From a virus, in IMG/VR virus record IMGVR_UViG_3300042923_000502, positions 106,563 through 170,562 of that record: a DNA stretch of 64,000 nt; one strand, written 5' to 3'. The notes under the pieces were generated by a model. That model was not told the origin of the DNA. It ran no database searches and saw only the letters and a program-made list of their open reading frames with translations. A program made the position numbers and the translations under genes. Of this stretch, positions 47,078-57,172 are shown in pieces (the first letter of the stretch is position 1; each line of letters begins with the position of its first letter).

Positions 47078-50000
47078 TTATCTTTTTTGACCCAACTTCT
47101 TAATAGCATTTACGATTCTTGAAGCAACCGTATCCGCTCCTTTTTCATCTCCAATAACGCTATCAATGTTGATGTTATAAGTGTTTCCACCAGTAGTAAC
47201 AACATTTGATCCAAGGGATGAAACAAGCTTTCCAAGGTTAGGAATAAATTTGCTTTGGATATTTGTAGATGGTGACATTAATTCATCTTTAAGGGCTAAC
47301 ACAACTTGCTCATTAGCATCTGTATTCATGAATTGTTCTACCGTTTTTGTTAACGCATTTCCATTGCCACCAACAATACCGCCTTTGTGAAGCACTTGCA
47401 CTCCGCTCTTGTCGTACCAATGTCCATCTGCTTTTTTCGTTAATCCAATGCTTGCTCCAAGTTTTTCGTTTAACGCAACAAGTTCTTTTTGTCTATCTTT
47501 ACTTGCTGTATGCCACTCTTGCGCATTTGCTTTCATTTGAGCAATTACGGAACTATAATTGCTACTTGTTGCTGTACCGCCATAAAGCGGATTGCCATTT
47601 GAATCTAACCATACACCGCCACTTGTTTTTGTTGCTCCAATACTTTCACCAAGAGCATTGTTAGCAGCTTCAAGAGCTTTCTTTTCTTCCGATGTAGCGG
47701 TTGCCCATTTAGCTGAGTTAGCTTGCATCTCAGCGACAATAGAAGCTTCGTTTCTTATCATCTTTAAGTTGTCAATTACTTCTTTAAGTTTGACAGTGAC
47801 GTTATCATATATTGTTTGACCAAGAAGAGGAAGATTTGTATCAAACCATCCTTTAAGTCCTCCCAATTTAGATTGAATTTCTGTAATATTACCAGACTCA
47901 ATATCCTTTTTGAGATTTGACCAATATATCTCATTGTTTGCAATGTTTTCAAAATAGTCGTTTGCATTATCTTTGTAGTCCTCAATGATGTCTTTCATTT
48001 CATCGTAAGACTTTCCGGTAATAGTGACCATTTGTTGTGTCTTTGCATCCCAAAGCTCAACGCTCATTGTCCAAGCTTCTTTTTCCGCTTCTGCCTTTTC
48101 TTCTAAAGCTGTTTTTTGATTTTCTAAATCTGTTTTTTGAGCTTCAAGAGAATGATCATCTTTCATGCCTTGAATCTGTTCGTCAATGTCATTTCTTTGT
48201 TCAAGAAGCGTCTTTAATTGTGCCTTACCTTCTCTTGAATCATCCATAGAAAGACGATTGATTTTGTCTTGAAGTTCTTGACGCTCTTTGATCTTATCGT
48301 TTAAACTCTTTTGATAGTCGTTTTCAGACTTGTCAAATTCAAGTTGTTTAATCTTGCTATCAATTATCTTTTGATCAGCTTCAAGTTTTTCGTCAATTCG
48401 ATCCATTTCTTTTTCATGAGCTTTTTCCAGAGCTTCATCTTGTTCTTCAATTGCATCAATGATTGCATCTTTTTGTTTCTCGTACATCTCTTTAAGAAGA
48501 TCAATTGCTTTGTCAGCAACGTTTTCATTAAAATCTTTTAGTGCATTTGTAGATTGTACGATTGCTCCTTCAATATCCCACCATGTAATAGAAAGCTCTT
48601 TCAATTTATTTTTGTAATTATTTACTTGTTCAACTGAAAGTTTGTGGCTTTTCTCATTTTCTTTTAGGATAGCACGAATTGCTGTTGCTTCGTTTTCAGT
48701 GGCTTTTTTAAGTTTTTGGTTTATGGCTATCTGTTTTTGTATTTCGTTTCTATACTCCTTTGATTCTTGATCATAAGTAGCAAGTCTAGCGGTAGACATA
48801 GAAAGTTCGTTATTAATACTTGAAATAGATTCTTCATATTTGATAAGAGAATTGTCTGCCATTTGGTCATTGATAGCGGTTATTTGATCTTGTGCATCTC
48901 TCCAAGCTTGGCTAAGTTCTAGTGTTTTTTGCGTCAAATCATCAGATTCAATTCCAGAATTACGAATTAATTCTGCTTCATCATGCATAAGTTTTTGTTT
49001 AGCTTCTAATTGCGTTATTTGATTTTTTAATTCCGTATTGTATTTAGGAGAATTAGGATCAAGTCTAGCCATCTTGTAATCTGATTGACTAATAGATTCA
49101 TCTTTACTTGCAAGTTGATTTTCGTATTGAGCCAAGTAACTATCAAGAATATCTCTATTTCCAGCAAATATTTCGGCATCTACATCAATAAGTTGCTTTT
49201 CGATGTTTTTAGATGCATCTTCAATGGCTTTAGAATCCTTGGTGTTTGTTGTAGTGCTAGTAGTCTTTGTTGAACTTGTAGTATTAGTATTACTGCTCTT
49301 AGCTCCAGAACCCTTTTGTGCATAGTCAACTACTTTAGGAACGTAATTAAGTGTTTCAGATTTAAAGATATTGTCTCCTACACTACGATTCAACTTAGCG
49401 GTATCTGCCTTAGCATTTTTCAAGACATTCCAATCTTTACTTCCAGTTACTTTCATAGCCCAATCTACGTATCCAGGACCAGCATTGTAAGCTGCTAATG
49501 CAAGCTCATAAGAACCATATTTATCATACATCTGACTAAGATATTTAGCTCCACCATTTGCGGATTGTGTTGGATCATAAACATTTGTTACGCCAAGTCC
49601 TTTAGCTGTTTTTGGCATTAATTGCATTAATCCAGCAGCTCCAGCACCACTTTTCGCATTTGGATTATAGCTTGACTCAGCCCATGCAATAGCGTCCAAT
49701 ATAGAAGCATCTACGCCATTATTGTTTGCTGCTTGTGTAATTATGTCTTTAATGTTTCCGCTTGACTTCACACCAGTTCCAGACTTGAAGTTAGTACTTG
49801 TAAATGTTGAATTCGTTGTTGTCGTAGTAGCAGGAACTAATAAAGAAGGATTCTTAGCGGCTTCAAGAAGCAACTTTTTCTTGTCTTCTAATAGTTTAAT
49901 TTCTTTTCTTACAGATTCTCTATATTCTTTAGAAGACTTGGCATACATTTGCTGTTGAGAATTAAGTTTATCTAAAGCTGAATCAACATCATTTATTGCC

Positions 50001-53000
50001 TTTTGAAGTTTGGTTACTGATTCCGTTGTTTCTTCCGTAGCATCTCCAAGAATCTCAAGCGAATCTGCACCAAATTGTGCTTGATTTTTTAAATCTTCAA
50101 GCGTCTTAACAAAGTCAGCTAAAGTCTTTCCATCTTCTGTTAAGCTCTCTACAAGATCGCCTTCGTTCATTTTGCGTGCCAAGTACACCATTTGAGCGGT
50201 CTTTGTGTTGATAATATCAAGTGCTTCTCCAACACTTTGTATGGCATTTACTTCAATTCCATACGCTTCAAGTTTTGCAACTAACGCAGAGTTTTGACTA
50301 ATAACACTTTGTCTTTGCGCTACACCTTCATCTCTTACAGCTTGAATCAAAGCAAGTCGTTTTTCTTCAACCGCTTTGGTATTCATTTTTATTACGCCAT
50401 TTTCGATCTTGAACATACTAACAAGAGAAGAGTCCTTGGCAATCAAATCCATTACGGTATCTGCGCTAAGAGCTTTACCTTCTGCATTAGCTTGCAACAA
50501 TCCATTTAAAGATTGGACAACCGAAGATGTGTCATCGTATTTTTCCTTTAATGCGTCTAACGATGTTGCAAAAGAATTTATGTTAACTCCAGCATTTTTG
50601 GCATCATCTGCAATTTCAGGGAATACTTTTTCTCCACCAGACATAGCTTCGACTATCTTTGAAAAAGTTTGAGAACTTAATCCAATTTGACTAGCAAATT
50701 GATCATAAATTTTCGTTTGTTTTTCTGTTATATCCATGTTCTTATATTGATCAGTACTAAGTACGTTCAATATTTCCTTGAATTTCATGACGTTATCAGT
50801 GCTATATTCTATTCCATTATCAACGAAAAGGGATTTGAGTTGATCAGTAGATCGAACGCCAATTTCTTCTAACTTTTTATAGTAGTCTTCTAAATAATCA
50901 ACTTGACCATCAAAAGTAATAAAGCTTTGACCATCCATTTGACCAACAACGTCTGCCAATGTTTCTGCAAACTTTCTTTGCTCATTTGTAACAGACTTAC
51001 CAGCTTCTTCAAGTCTAGTATTGTACTCTACTTTTATAGCATTGATTCTATCAGCAGTTGCTGAATCTAGTTCGGATTTGCTCTTTTCAAGTTCAGTCAA
51101 TACCTTTGTTTTCGCTCTATTTATTTCTTCAATATCTGTTTCAACTTCTACTGGTACTGTTTCCCCAAATGAAGTTGGCACATTTACAGTTCTTGTTTTC
51201 TTTCCGTTTAAATACTCTTTTTCTTGTTCTTGCAACTCTAATAAAGCCTTTTGATTTTCTTCATAAGAAGCTTTTTTATCATTAATGTTTTTGGTATTGT
51301 CGGAATAATTCCCTACAACCTTGGCTTTATTAAGCTCGTTTTGAACCTTAATGAGATCAGTTAAAATTTCAATTCTATCTTCAATAGCGGATTGACTATT
51401 AACATATGAATTACCCTCTGCATCAACTCCAGTTGCGGTTACTCCATATGTTTTGACAAGCTCATTTTGTATGTCAAGCAATCTATTTTTTTGTTCAATA
51501 GTCTTGTCTTCTGTAGCCATCAGAGTATTGTATTCATCTCTAAGAGCTTTCAACCCTGTTCTTTGTTCCATGTAACTATCTCTAAGGCTATAGTTTACGG
51601 TTTTAAGTTCCTTTACGGCTTCCTTGTGCTTCTGAACCATTTCAATGACTTTTTGAATCGCAAATCCAGCAGCAAATATAACTAACATTGGAGTTACAGC
51701 AGCAAGTGCTATTTTAAGTCCATTAAGAGATACCTTTAAAACATTTATAGCTCCGGCTGTTGTGGTCATTGAAACCGCAGCTTCTTTTAATCTTAATCCA
51801 AGGAATTGTGTTTCATAAGAAATCTTTTTAAATAAAGCTACACTTGGAATCATTGCTCCATAAATTCCGGTTCTAAACGCTTTACTAAATATTAAAGCGG
51901 CAGTAGTTGCGATTCCTAACACTATTGGGAATAATCCAAATTGCTCAACGGCAGAATTAATGGTTTGACCCAATGTTGTTATCATATCAATTACATTTCT
52001 AATTCCTTCGGAATCGAATGAAGATTGGAAGATTTCATTCCAAGCATTCTTCATTCTTGTTAAATGAGCTTCTGTTCCTTCTTGATATTTATTAAACTTC
52101 TCAGTAGCTGTACCCGCTGAATCAAGAGATGCTTCGTACAATGCAACAGATTCTGGATAACCTTCCATGATGTTTAAGAAACGTGATTGTTGGTATGATC
52201 CAGCAACAGTTGTAGCCAAATAATTCTTTTGACGGTTTGTTAAGGAACCCCATTTAGCACCAAGTTCATCCATTACCGTACCAAAGTTACGGAAGTTTCC
52301 TTGAGTGTCTATAAGTTGTATTCCAACTTGAGCCAATGCTTTAGATACTTGGTTTACTTGTGTTCCATCTTCTTCGTCAAAACCATTTTCTCTTAATGAT
52401 TGCACACGTGCGATAATCGACTTAACGCTGTTACCAATTGTAGAAGCACTTTCACGTGTTCTAGATGAAATTGTTGCAATCCATGAAGAAACTTTTTCAA
52501 ACTCAAGACCAATTGCACCAGCAGTACCACCTACTTTTTGCATTGCAACACCAATTTCATCAGCGCCAGTAGCCGTAGCATCACCCATGTATGAGTAAAT
52601 ATCCGCAGCACGTTCAGCACTTACACCCATTGAGTTTACCGTAGCCGTAAGAATTTGTGCCGATTGGTTAAAGTCCATATTTGAGATTTTTGCATACATT
52701 GTTGCAACTCTCATTTTGTCCATCATTTCCGCGCCTTTAAGACCTTGACGCGCAAACTCTACCGCACCATTCGCAATCTCTTCTGTTGAAATGCTCATTG
52801 CCATTCCAAGTTCGTAGAATTGTTTAGAGTACTTTTCAACTTCTGATTGACTTTGATTGAATACAATCGAAAGCTGAGTCAATGCTTTGTTGAAGTCGTT
52901 TACATATGCTATTCCATCCGTAAAGAAGTGAAGGGATTGATAGAAAGCAGTCATACCAATCATCCAGATCGGAATTCTTGACATTGCTGTTTTAAGTTGA

Positions 53001-54103
53001 TCCATAAAGCTCAAATTAGCTTTCTTTGCTTCTGTTATTTTTTGACTAAATATTCTAGTAGAATTAGAAGCTTCATCAACCTTCACTTTGAAATTGGCAA
53101 ACTTACCATTCCCAATGTCAATTTGAGCATTCAGTGTTGCTACAGCTTTTCCAGCACTATTAATTTTAACATGATCCAAGTTGAAGTTACTAGCACTTGC
53201 TGTTCCACCAAGACCACTACTTGCCATATAGCTATTGATCTTAGGGAGAGCGCTTCCAATAATTGAACTTGCACTAGAATTTATATTTAATCCGCTTGAG
53301 TCTCCTACAACAGTTCTTCCAAGAGTATTATGAGTTTTTATGTATGCTTTTTGTTGACGAACAATTTCATCCGTTAAAGTCTTGTTTTTAGCTATTTCTT
53401 CCTCAATGCCCTTTAATGTTTTAGCTCTTAACGTATGACCATTTGCTTGTGCTGATTGAATCTTGTTTTGAAGCACATCATACGATGTTATTAACTTTTG
53501 AGCTTCCGCAGAGTCAAACACCTTTGTTTTACCTGTAGTTAAATCATACTTCAACTTTCCAGCTTGATTGTATAATTGTTGCATCTTCTTTGCTGCTTGA
53601 GAGCTAGAATTTACAACGTTTTCACTTACTTGTTTAAATGTTTTGGTAGTTACATCTCCTGCTGTTTTAGAAACCCATTCAAAATTCTTTTTGATAGTTT
53701 TTCCCATTTCATTCGTATATGTAACTGTAGCCTTTTTAACTTCTCCCTTTGCATTCTTAGTTATAGACCAGCTTTTAGGATTAGATTTTCCAATTTCGCT
53801 ATTAACTCTATCTATTGCGCGTTGAAACTCTTTGACACTATCCATGTTTTTCTTAACGGTTTTAGTGCCTTGTTCGGATGCTCTTTGTGCAGCTTGAGCT
53901 GATTTAGCTGCGGCATTATTAAACTTTGATGCATTCTCATTTATACCCTTAATCAACACACCTGCATCTTTTAATGCTTTTGTATCAATTTGAAGTTTAA
54001 GCTTAGTGATTTTCTCCTGTATTTTAGCAATTGCTGCATTGATATCTCTTGTAGATTGTGCAACATTTAAGTCAGCGGTTAATAATATTTTCAAATCGGA
54101 CAT
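47078..54103 (-). CDS. Tape measure protein with SLT lytic transglycosylase domain
   Basis: 2341 aa; TP901-like core; AESSYNPNA, GLMQLMP, AAYNAG, ETLNYV. Confidence 0.93.
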   Translation of the reverse strand: MSDLKILLTADLNVAQSTRDINAAIAKIQEKITKLKLQIDTKALKDAGVLIKGINENASKFNNAAAKSAQAAQRASEQGTKTVKKNMDSVKEFQRAIDRVNSEIGKSNPKSWSITKNAKGEVKKATVTYTNEMGKTIKKNFEWVSKTAGDVTTKTFKQVSENVVNSSSQAAKKMQQLYNQAGKLKYDLTTGKTKVFDSAEAQKLITSYDVLQNKIQSAQANGHTLRAKTLKGIEEEIAKNKTLTDEIVRQQKAYIKTHNTLGRTVVGDSSGLNINSSASSIIGSALPKINSYMASSGLGGTASASNFNLDHVKINSAGKAVATLNAQIDIGNGKFANFKVKVDEASNSTRIFSQKITEAKKANLSFMDQLKTAMSRIPIWMIGMTAFYQSLHFFTDGIAYVNDFNKALTQLSIVFNQSQSEVEKYSKQFYELGMAMSISTEEIANGAVEFARQGLKGAEMMDKMRVATMYAKISNMDFNQSAQILTATVNSMGVSAERAADIYSYMGDATATGADEIGVAMQKVGGTAGAIGLEFEKVSSWIATISSRTRESASTIGNSVKSIIARVQSLRENGFDEEDGTQVNQVSKALAQVGIQLIDTQGNFRNFGTVMDELGAKWGSLTNRQKNYLATTVAGSYQQSRFLNIMEGYPESVALYEASLDSAGTATEKFNKYQEGTEAHLTRMKNAWNEIFQSSFDSEGIRNVIDMITTLGQTINSAVEQFGLFPIVLGIATTAALIFSKAFRTGIYGAMIPSVALFKKISYETQFLGLRLKEAAVSMTTTAGAINVLKVSLNGLKIALAAVTPMLVIFAAGFAIQKVIEMVQKHKEAVKELKTVNYSLRDSYMEQRTGLKALRDEYNTLMATEDKTIEQKNRLLDIQNELVKTYGVTATGVDAEGNSYVNSQSAIEDRIEILTDLIKVQNELNKAKVVGNYSDNTKNINDKKASYEENQKALLELQEQEKEYLNGKKTRTVNVPTSFGETVPVEVETDIEEINRAKTKVLTELEKSKSELDSATADRINAIKVEYNTRLEEAGKSVTNEQRKFAETLADVVGQMDGQSFITFDGQVDYLEDYYKKLEEIGVRSTDQLKSLFVDNGIEYSTDNVMKFKEILNVLSTDQYKNMDITEKQTKIYDQFASQIGLSSQTFSKIVEAMSGGEKVFPEIADDAKNAGVNINSFATSLDALKEKYDDTSSVVQSLNGLLQANAEGKALSADTVMDLIAKDSSLVSMFKIENGVIKMNTKAVEEKRLALIQAVRDEGVAQRQSVISQNSALVAKLEAYGIEVNAIQSVGEALDIINTKTAQMVYLARKMNEGDLVESLTEDGKTLADFVKTLEDLKNQAQFGADSLEILGDATEETTESVTKLQKAINDVDSALDKLNSQQQMYAKSSKEYRESVRKEIKLLEDKKKLLLEAAKNPSLLVPATTTTTNSTFTSTNFKSGTGVKSSGNIKDIITQAANNNGVDASILDAIAWAESSYNPNAKSGAGAAGLMQLMPKTAKGLGVTNVYDPTQSANGGAKYLSQMYDKYGSYELALAAYNAGPGYVDWAMKVTGSKDWNVLKNAKADTAKLNRSVGDNIFKSETLNYVPKVVDYAQKGSGAKSSNTNTTSSTKTTSTTTNTKDSKAIEDASKNIEKQLIDVDAEIFAGNRDILDSYLAQYENQLASKDESISQSDYKMARLDPNSPKYNTELKNQITQLEAKQKLMHDEAELIRNSGIESDDLTQKTLELSQAWRDAQDQITAINDQMADNSLIKYEESISSINNELSMSTARLATYDQESKEYRNEIQKQIAINQKLKKATENEATAIRAILKENEKSHKLSVEQVNNYKNKLKELSITWWDIEGAIVQSTNALKDFNENVADKAIDLLKEMYEKQKDAIIDAIEEQDEALEKAHEKEMDRIDEKLEADQKIIDSKIKQLEFDKSENDYQKSLNDKIKERQELQDKINRLSMDDSREGKAQLKTLLEQRNDIDEQIQGMKDDHSLEAQKTDLENQKTALEEKAEAEKEAWTMSVELWDAKTQQMVTITGKSYDEMKDIIEDYKDNANDYFENIANNEIYWSNLKKDIESGNITEIQSKLGGLKGWFDTNLPLLGQTIYDNVTVKLKEVIDNLKMIRNEASIVAEMQANSAKWATATSEEKKALEAANNALGESIGATKTSGGVWLDSNGNPLYGGTATSSNYSSVIAQMKANAQEWHTASKDRQKELVALNEKLGASIGLTKKADGHWYDKSGVQVLHKGGIVGGNGNALTKTVEQFMNTDANEQVVLALKDELMSPSTNIQSKFIPNLGKLVSSLGSNVVTTGGNTYNINIDSVIGDEKGADTVASRIVNAIKKLGQKR

Positions 54104-54161
54104 TTAATTATCCCCTCTCATTAGTATTTAAATAAAAAAAGAAGGGCATAAAATTATGCCC

Positions 54162-54584
54162 TTACTCAACAAGTCCTTCAACGATTTCACACCATCTGTC
54201 ATATTGCAATGCTTCTTGACCTTTAAGCATCTTATTGGTGTTAAGAACAATCGCCTTGACGCATTCAAGCATCTCTTTGTTTGTCTCATTATCTTCAACA
54301 ATGAAGTATTCGCTCATAAGTTCGCCAAATTCCTTGTTGAATTCATCCATATTGTCAATTTTATATCTTGCATTTCCTTCTTCATCCGTAACGGTTACAA
54401 GTTCTCCTTGTTCATCTGTTTCGCAATATTGCTTAATGATTTCCATCCGATCTTCATCGTTTTGCTGGATACGTTCCTTTGCAATTTTAACAAAACGTGA
54501 ACGCATTCTAGAAAGCTTTGGTGTAACTTCCTCATTCATAATAAAATCAACAAATCCAATTACATCTTCGTTTCTCATTTTCAT
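54162..54584 (-). CDS. Hypothetical phage protein (DUF1617-like)
   Basis: LSRMRSRF..IIKQYCETDEQGE pattern. Confidence 0.7.
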   Translation of the reverse strand: MKMRNEDVIGFVDFIMNEEVTPKLSRMRSRFVKIAKERIQQNDEDRMEIIKQYCETDEQGELVTVTDEEGNARYKIDNMDEFNKEFGELMSEYFIVEDNETNKEMLECVKAIVLNTNKMLKGQEALQYDRWCEIVEGLVE

Positions 54585-54644
54585 TTTTTAATTATTCCCC
54601 TTTGCTCAAATTTAGTTTGTATTACATTAATTATTAACACTTAT

Positions 54645-54673
54645 ATTATACCATTTTATCTTGCACTTGTCAA
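54645..54673 (-). promoter_or_regulatory. sigmaA promoter with the repeated motif
   Basis: TTGACA-17-TATAAT; CAAGTGCAAGATAAAAT. Confidence 0.85.
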
Positions 54674-54682
54674 GCTGAAAAG

Positions 54683-55663
54683 TTAGATTTCGTACTTATC
54701 TTTCTTCTCCGCAATCTTCTTGTAATTTACCTTTATGTAGTGTTTAAGTGTAACATCAATCCCATTGTGATTAAGTAGTTTCGAGATTTCTTCTATATCC
54801 ATTCCAGCTTCTTTAAGCAATGTTGCACCACTATGACGCAAATCGTGCATATGTAAGTCCATTCCAATCAATTCGCCTATTTTCTTAATCCAATTTTGTT
54901 GCAATGTTCTCTTGTCTACCTTTTGCCATGTCTTTCCATATAGAGCTAAGAACAAATATTCGCTCTCTATCTTATTTCTTTTACGATAGTCAAGCCATTC
55001 TTTAATGAGTTCTACGGTTCTCTTCGACATGAATAGGTCAACAATCTTTCCTTCTTTTTCAAGTACTCCGTTTACCTCTTTGTCAGCAAGATTCAATTGT
55101 TCAATTTTCACATTACTTATAGCATTAACTCTAGCCATTGTACTTAATCCAAATTCAAAAAGCAATTCAAATTGCATATTATATTCGGTTTTAGGTAATG
55201 TCTTCAATTTCTTTCGAATTAAATCGACATCTGCTTGAGTTAAGAATGTTTGCTTTATTTGAATCTTATCATCTTTTCCAAGCTTAGGACGTTCAAGATA
55301 GTCAACCGGATTTGTGTCATCATACTTTCTTTTTTTCTTCAAGTTAAGAAAGAATGAGGATATACTTGACATTCTACGCTGGATTCTTCTTTCATTGTTT
55401 CCTAATTCAGTTGAACAAAATGATACATAGTGTTCTAAGATATCAGCCATATCGGAAGAGTCAACACTCAATACATCAACATTATCATACTCTTCAAGGA
55501 TGAATACTAACCATTGATTGAAATCGCTCTCATAACTCTTTTTACTTGCATCCGAAAGAATCATATTCTTTGATATGAAGAATTTCTTAATATGCTCTTT
55601 GTTCTTAGGGTTAATCTTTGAAACTCTTTCTTTTGTTGCATAAATTTGATATTTCCTTGCCAT
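54683..55663 (-). CDS. Tyrosine recombinase/integrase (XerC/D-like) inside the tail module
   Basis: ARV (Arg I), K, HDLRH, LNH, HY; catalytic set intact. Confidence 0.92.
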   Translation of the reverse strand: MARKYQIYATKERVSKINPKNKEHIKKFFISKNMILSDASKKSYESDFNQWLVFILEEYDNVDVLSVDSSDMADILEHYVSFCSTELGNNERRIQRRMSSISSFFLNLKKKRKYDDTNPVDYLERPKLGKDDKIQIKQTFLTQADVDLIRKKLKTLPKTEYNMQFELLFEFGLSTMARVNAISNVKIEQLNLADKEVNGVLEKEGKIVDLFMSKRTVELIKEWLDYRKRNKIESEYLFLALYGKTWQKVDKRTLQQNWIKKIGELIGMDLHMHDLRHSGATLLKEAGMDIEEISKLLNHNGIDVTLKHYIKVNYKKIAEKKDKYEI

Positions 55664-55675
55664 TATTTATTCACC

Positions 55676-56176
55676 TCACTTTCTTCTAATTGTCAGTCCA
55701 TTTCTGATTAGTTCCGTTCTAAGTCTTTCTTGGAATGTATTTAACAACTTGGTAGCGAATTTAGAGAAGTACCTTCTAGGTCTTCTGAATGCACCGTCTC
55801 CAAATATATCACCGCTAGTACCATCTTCAATTGTGATAGGTACAAAATAGGCATATTCTTGTGGCATATATGACTTAACAGTACTATGATGTGTACCCAT
55901 CCAATAGCCTTTTACCGGAGCAATTTCCCTCATTTTAGTGGGATCATGAAATATTTCTAAGCTAGTTTGTGATCCGTTCTGCTTTAACTCTTTAGAAACA
56001 CTTCTCTTTAAGTCTCCTGTTCTTTTATAGAACTTTGGAATATAAGTGTCATACACATTCTCTTGCACACTCTCTTTGAGCTTCTTAACTTCTTCTTTAC
56101 CTATGGTATTCATTGAAGAAAGTATTTTTTTATTCAATACTTTCTCCAAGTCAGCCATTGACTTAATTTTGCTCAT
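55676..56176 (-). CDS. Putative tail completion protein (HK97 gp10-like)
   Basis: YKRTGDLKRS, IEDGT, RPRRYF. Confidence 0.65.
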   Translation of the reverse strand: MSKIKSMADLEKVLNKKILSSMNTIGKEEVKKLKESVQENVYDTYIPKFYKRTGDLKRSVSKELKQNGSQTSLEIFHDPTKMREIAPVKGYWMGTHHSTVKSYMPQEYAYFVPITIEDGTSGDIFGDGAFRRPRRYFSKFATKLLNTFQERLRTELIRNGLTIRRK

Positions 56177-56744
56177 TTTCGTCCACTTCTTCGTCTTCTA
56201 ACGTAACCTCAAACCAATCTTCGTCTCCCATGTCGATAACCTTTTCAATCTCTCCATTTTCAAAAGCTTTTTGAATTTCTTCAACACGTTCGGCAATCTC
56301 TCTGTATTTTTGGTCTACGCTTTCGATTGTCTCATTGATTGTATTGAAAATGATATCTGCTTCATCTTCTGGAAATGATTCAAGAATAGGCTGCAATAAG
56401 TCCATATTGATCATGTTGTTCATGATTGCCAATTGGCTAGGAAGGTCATTTGGAATCTCTTTGCCAAACGATGAAAAGTATTTAATCATAAGCAAAATAG
56501 AGTATGGAATAAATACTTCTTGAAGATCAATTTCATGAGTGTTTGCATATTGCAATTGAGACATAAGTTCTGAAACAAGCTTCATTACCTTTGTCTTTTT
56601 AAACTTTTCGTCTACTTTTAATGTAAAATACTGATCAAGAGTAGAACTATACACTTTAACTTCTGATTGTGCATCTAACTCTTTGGCTTTCTTATTTACA
56701 TTAGCAAGACTTAACTTTGTATTGCTTGCACTTGTCTTTGCCAT
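56163..56744 (-). CDS. Hypothetical protein, possible tail assembly chaperone
   Basis: Helical, acidic; between tail tube and tape measure. Confidence 0.65.
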   Translation of the reverse strand: MAKTSASNTKLSLANVNKKAKELDAQSEVKVYSSTLDQYFTLKVDEKFKKTKVMKLVSELMSQLQYANTHEIDLQEVFIPYSILLMIKYFSSFGKEIPNDLPSQLAIMNNMINMDLLQPILESFPEDEADIIFNTINETIESVDQKYREIAERVEEIQKAFENGEIEKVIDMGDEDWFEVTLEDEEVDENEQN

Positions 56745-56762
56745 TTTATCTTTCACTCCTTA

Positions 56763-57116
56763 TTATTCTACTTCTAATACAAGTCCTGTAACGATTTTAT
56801 ATCCATCCTTTTTAAGCTTCTTGTAATCAACACCTTCATCAAAAACAATTGATTTACCTAGTCCTGTAATGTTGTCTTTTTCTCCAAAGATATAATCGTA
56901 TTCAAATTCATCTCTCAAATAATGCGCAAGTATATGACTTTTGACAACAACAATAAACCCAAATTCTTTAGCAAGTTGGATCAATGCAGTTGTTTTACCT
57001 ATCCCACGTAAACCATAAACCCACACATTTTCATTTTTTATTGCACCTTCAAGCAATTTCTTGTAAACAATTTCCGATGTAGACTTTACAAAATCCTCTG
57101 TTCTAATGCTTATCAT
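56763..57116 (-). CDS. Minimal P-loop NTPase-like protein
   Basis: Walker A GLRGIGKT and Walker B IVFDE in 117 aa. Confidence 0.7.
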   Translation of the reverse strand: MISIRTEDFVKSTSEIVYKKLLEGAIKNENVWVYGLRGIGKTTALIQLAKEFGFIVVVKSHILAHYLRDEFEYDYIFGEKDNITGLGKSIVFDEGVDYKKLKKDGYKIVTGLVLEVE

Positions 57117-57146
57117 ATTCTTATTGACATCTCCTTTTATTTTATG

Positions 57147-57172
57147 ATAGATAAAACTAACCTTTTATCTAT
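57147..57172. repeat. Palindrome ATAGATAAAA-N6-TTTTATCTAT, copy 2
   Basis: Arms identical to 21368-21393; spacer CTAACC. Confidence 0.85.

Noticed and set aside
54683-55663. Recombinase-fold master repressor (MrpR-like) or prophage boundary
   Set aside because: Catalytic residues including Tyr are intact, and phage structural genes continue on both sides
55676-56744. Programmed tail-chaperone G/GT frameshift
   Set aside because: No convincing slippery heptamer at the 3' end; the downstream gene has its own RBS and start
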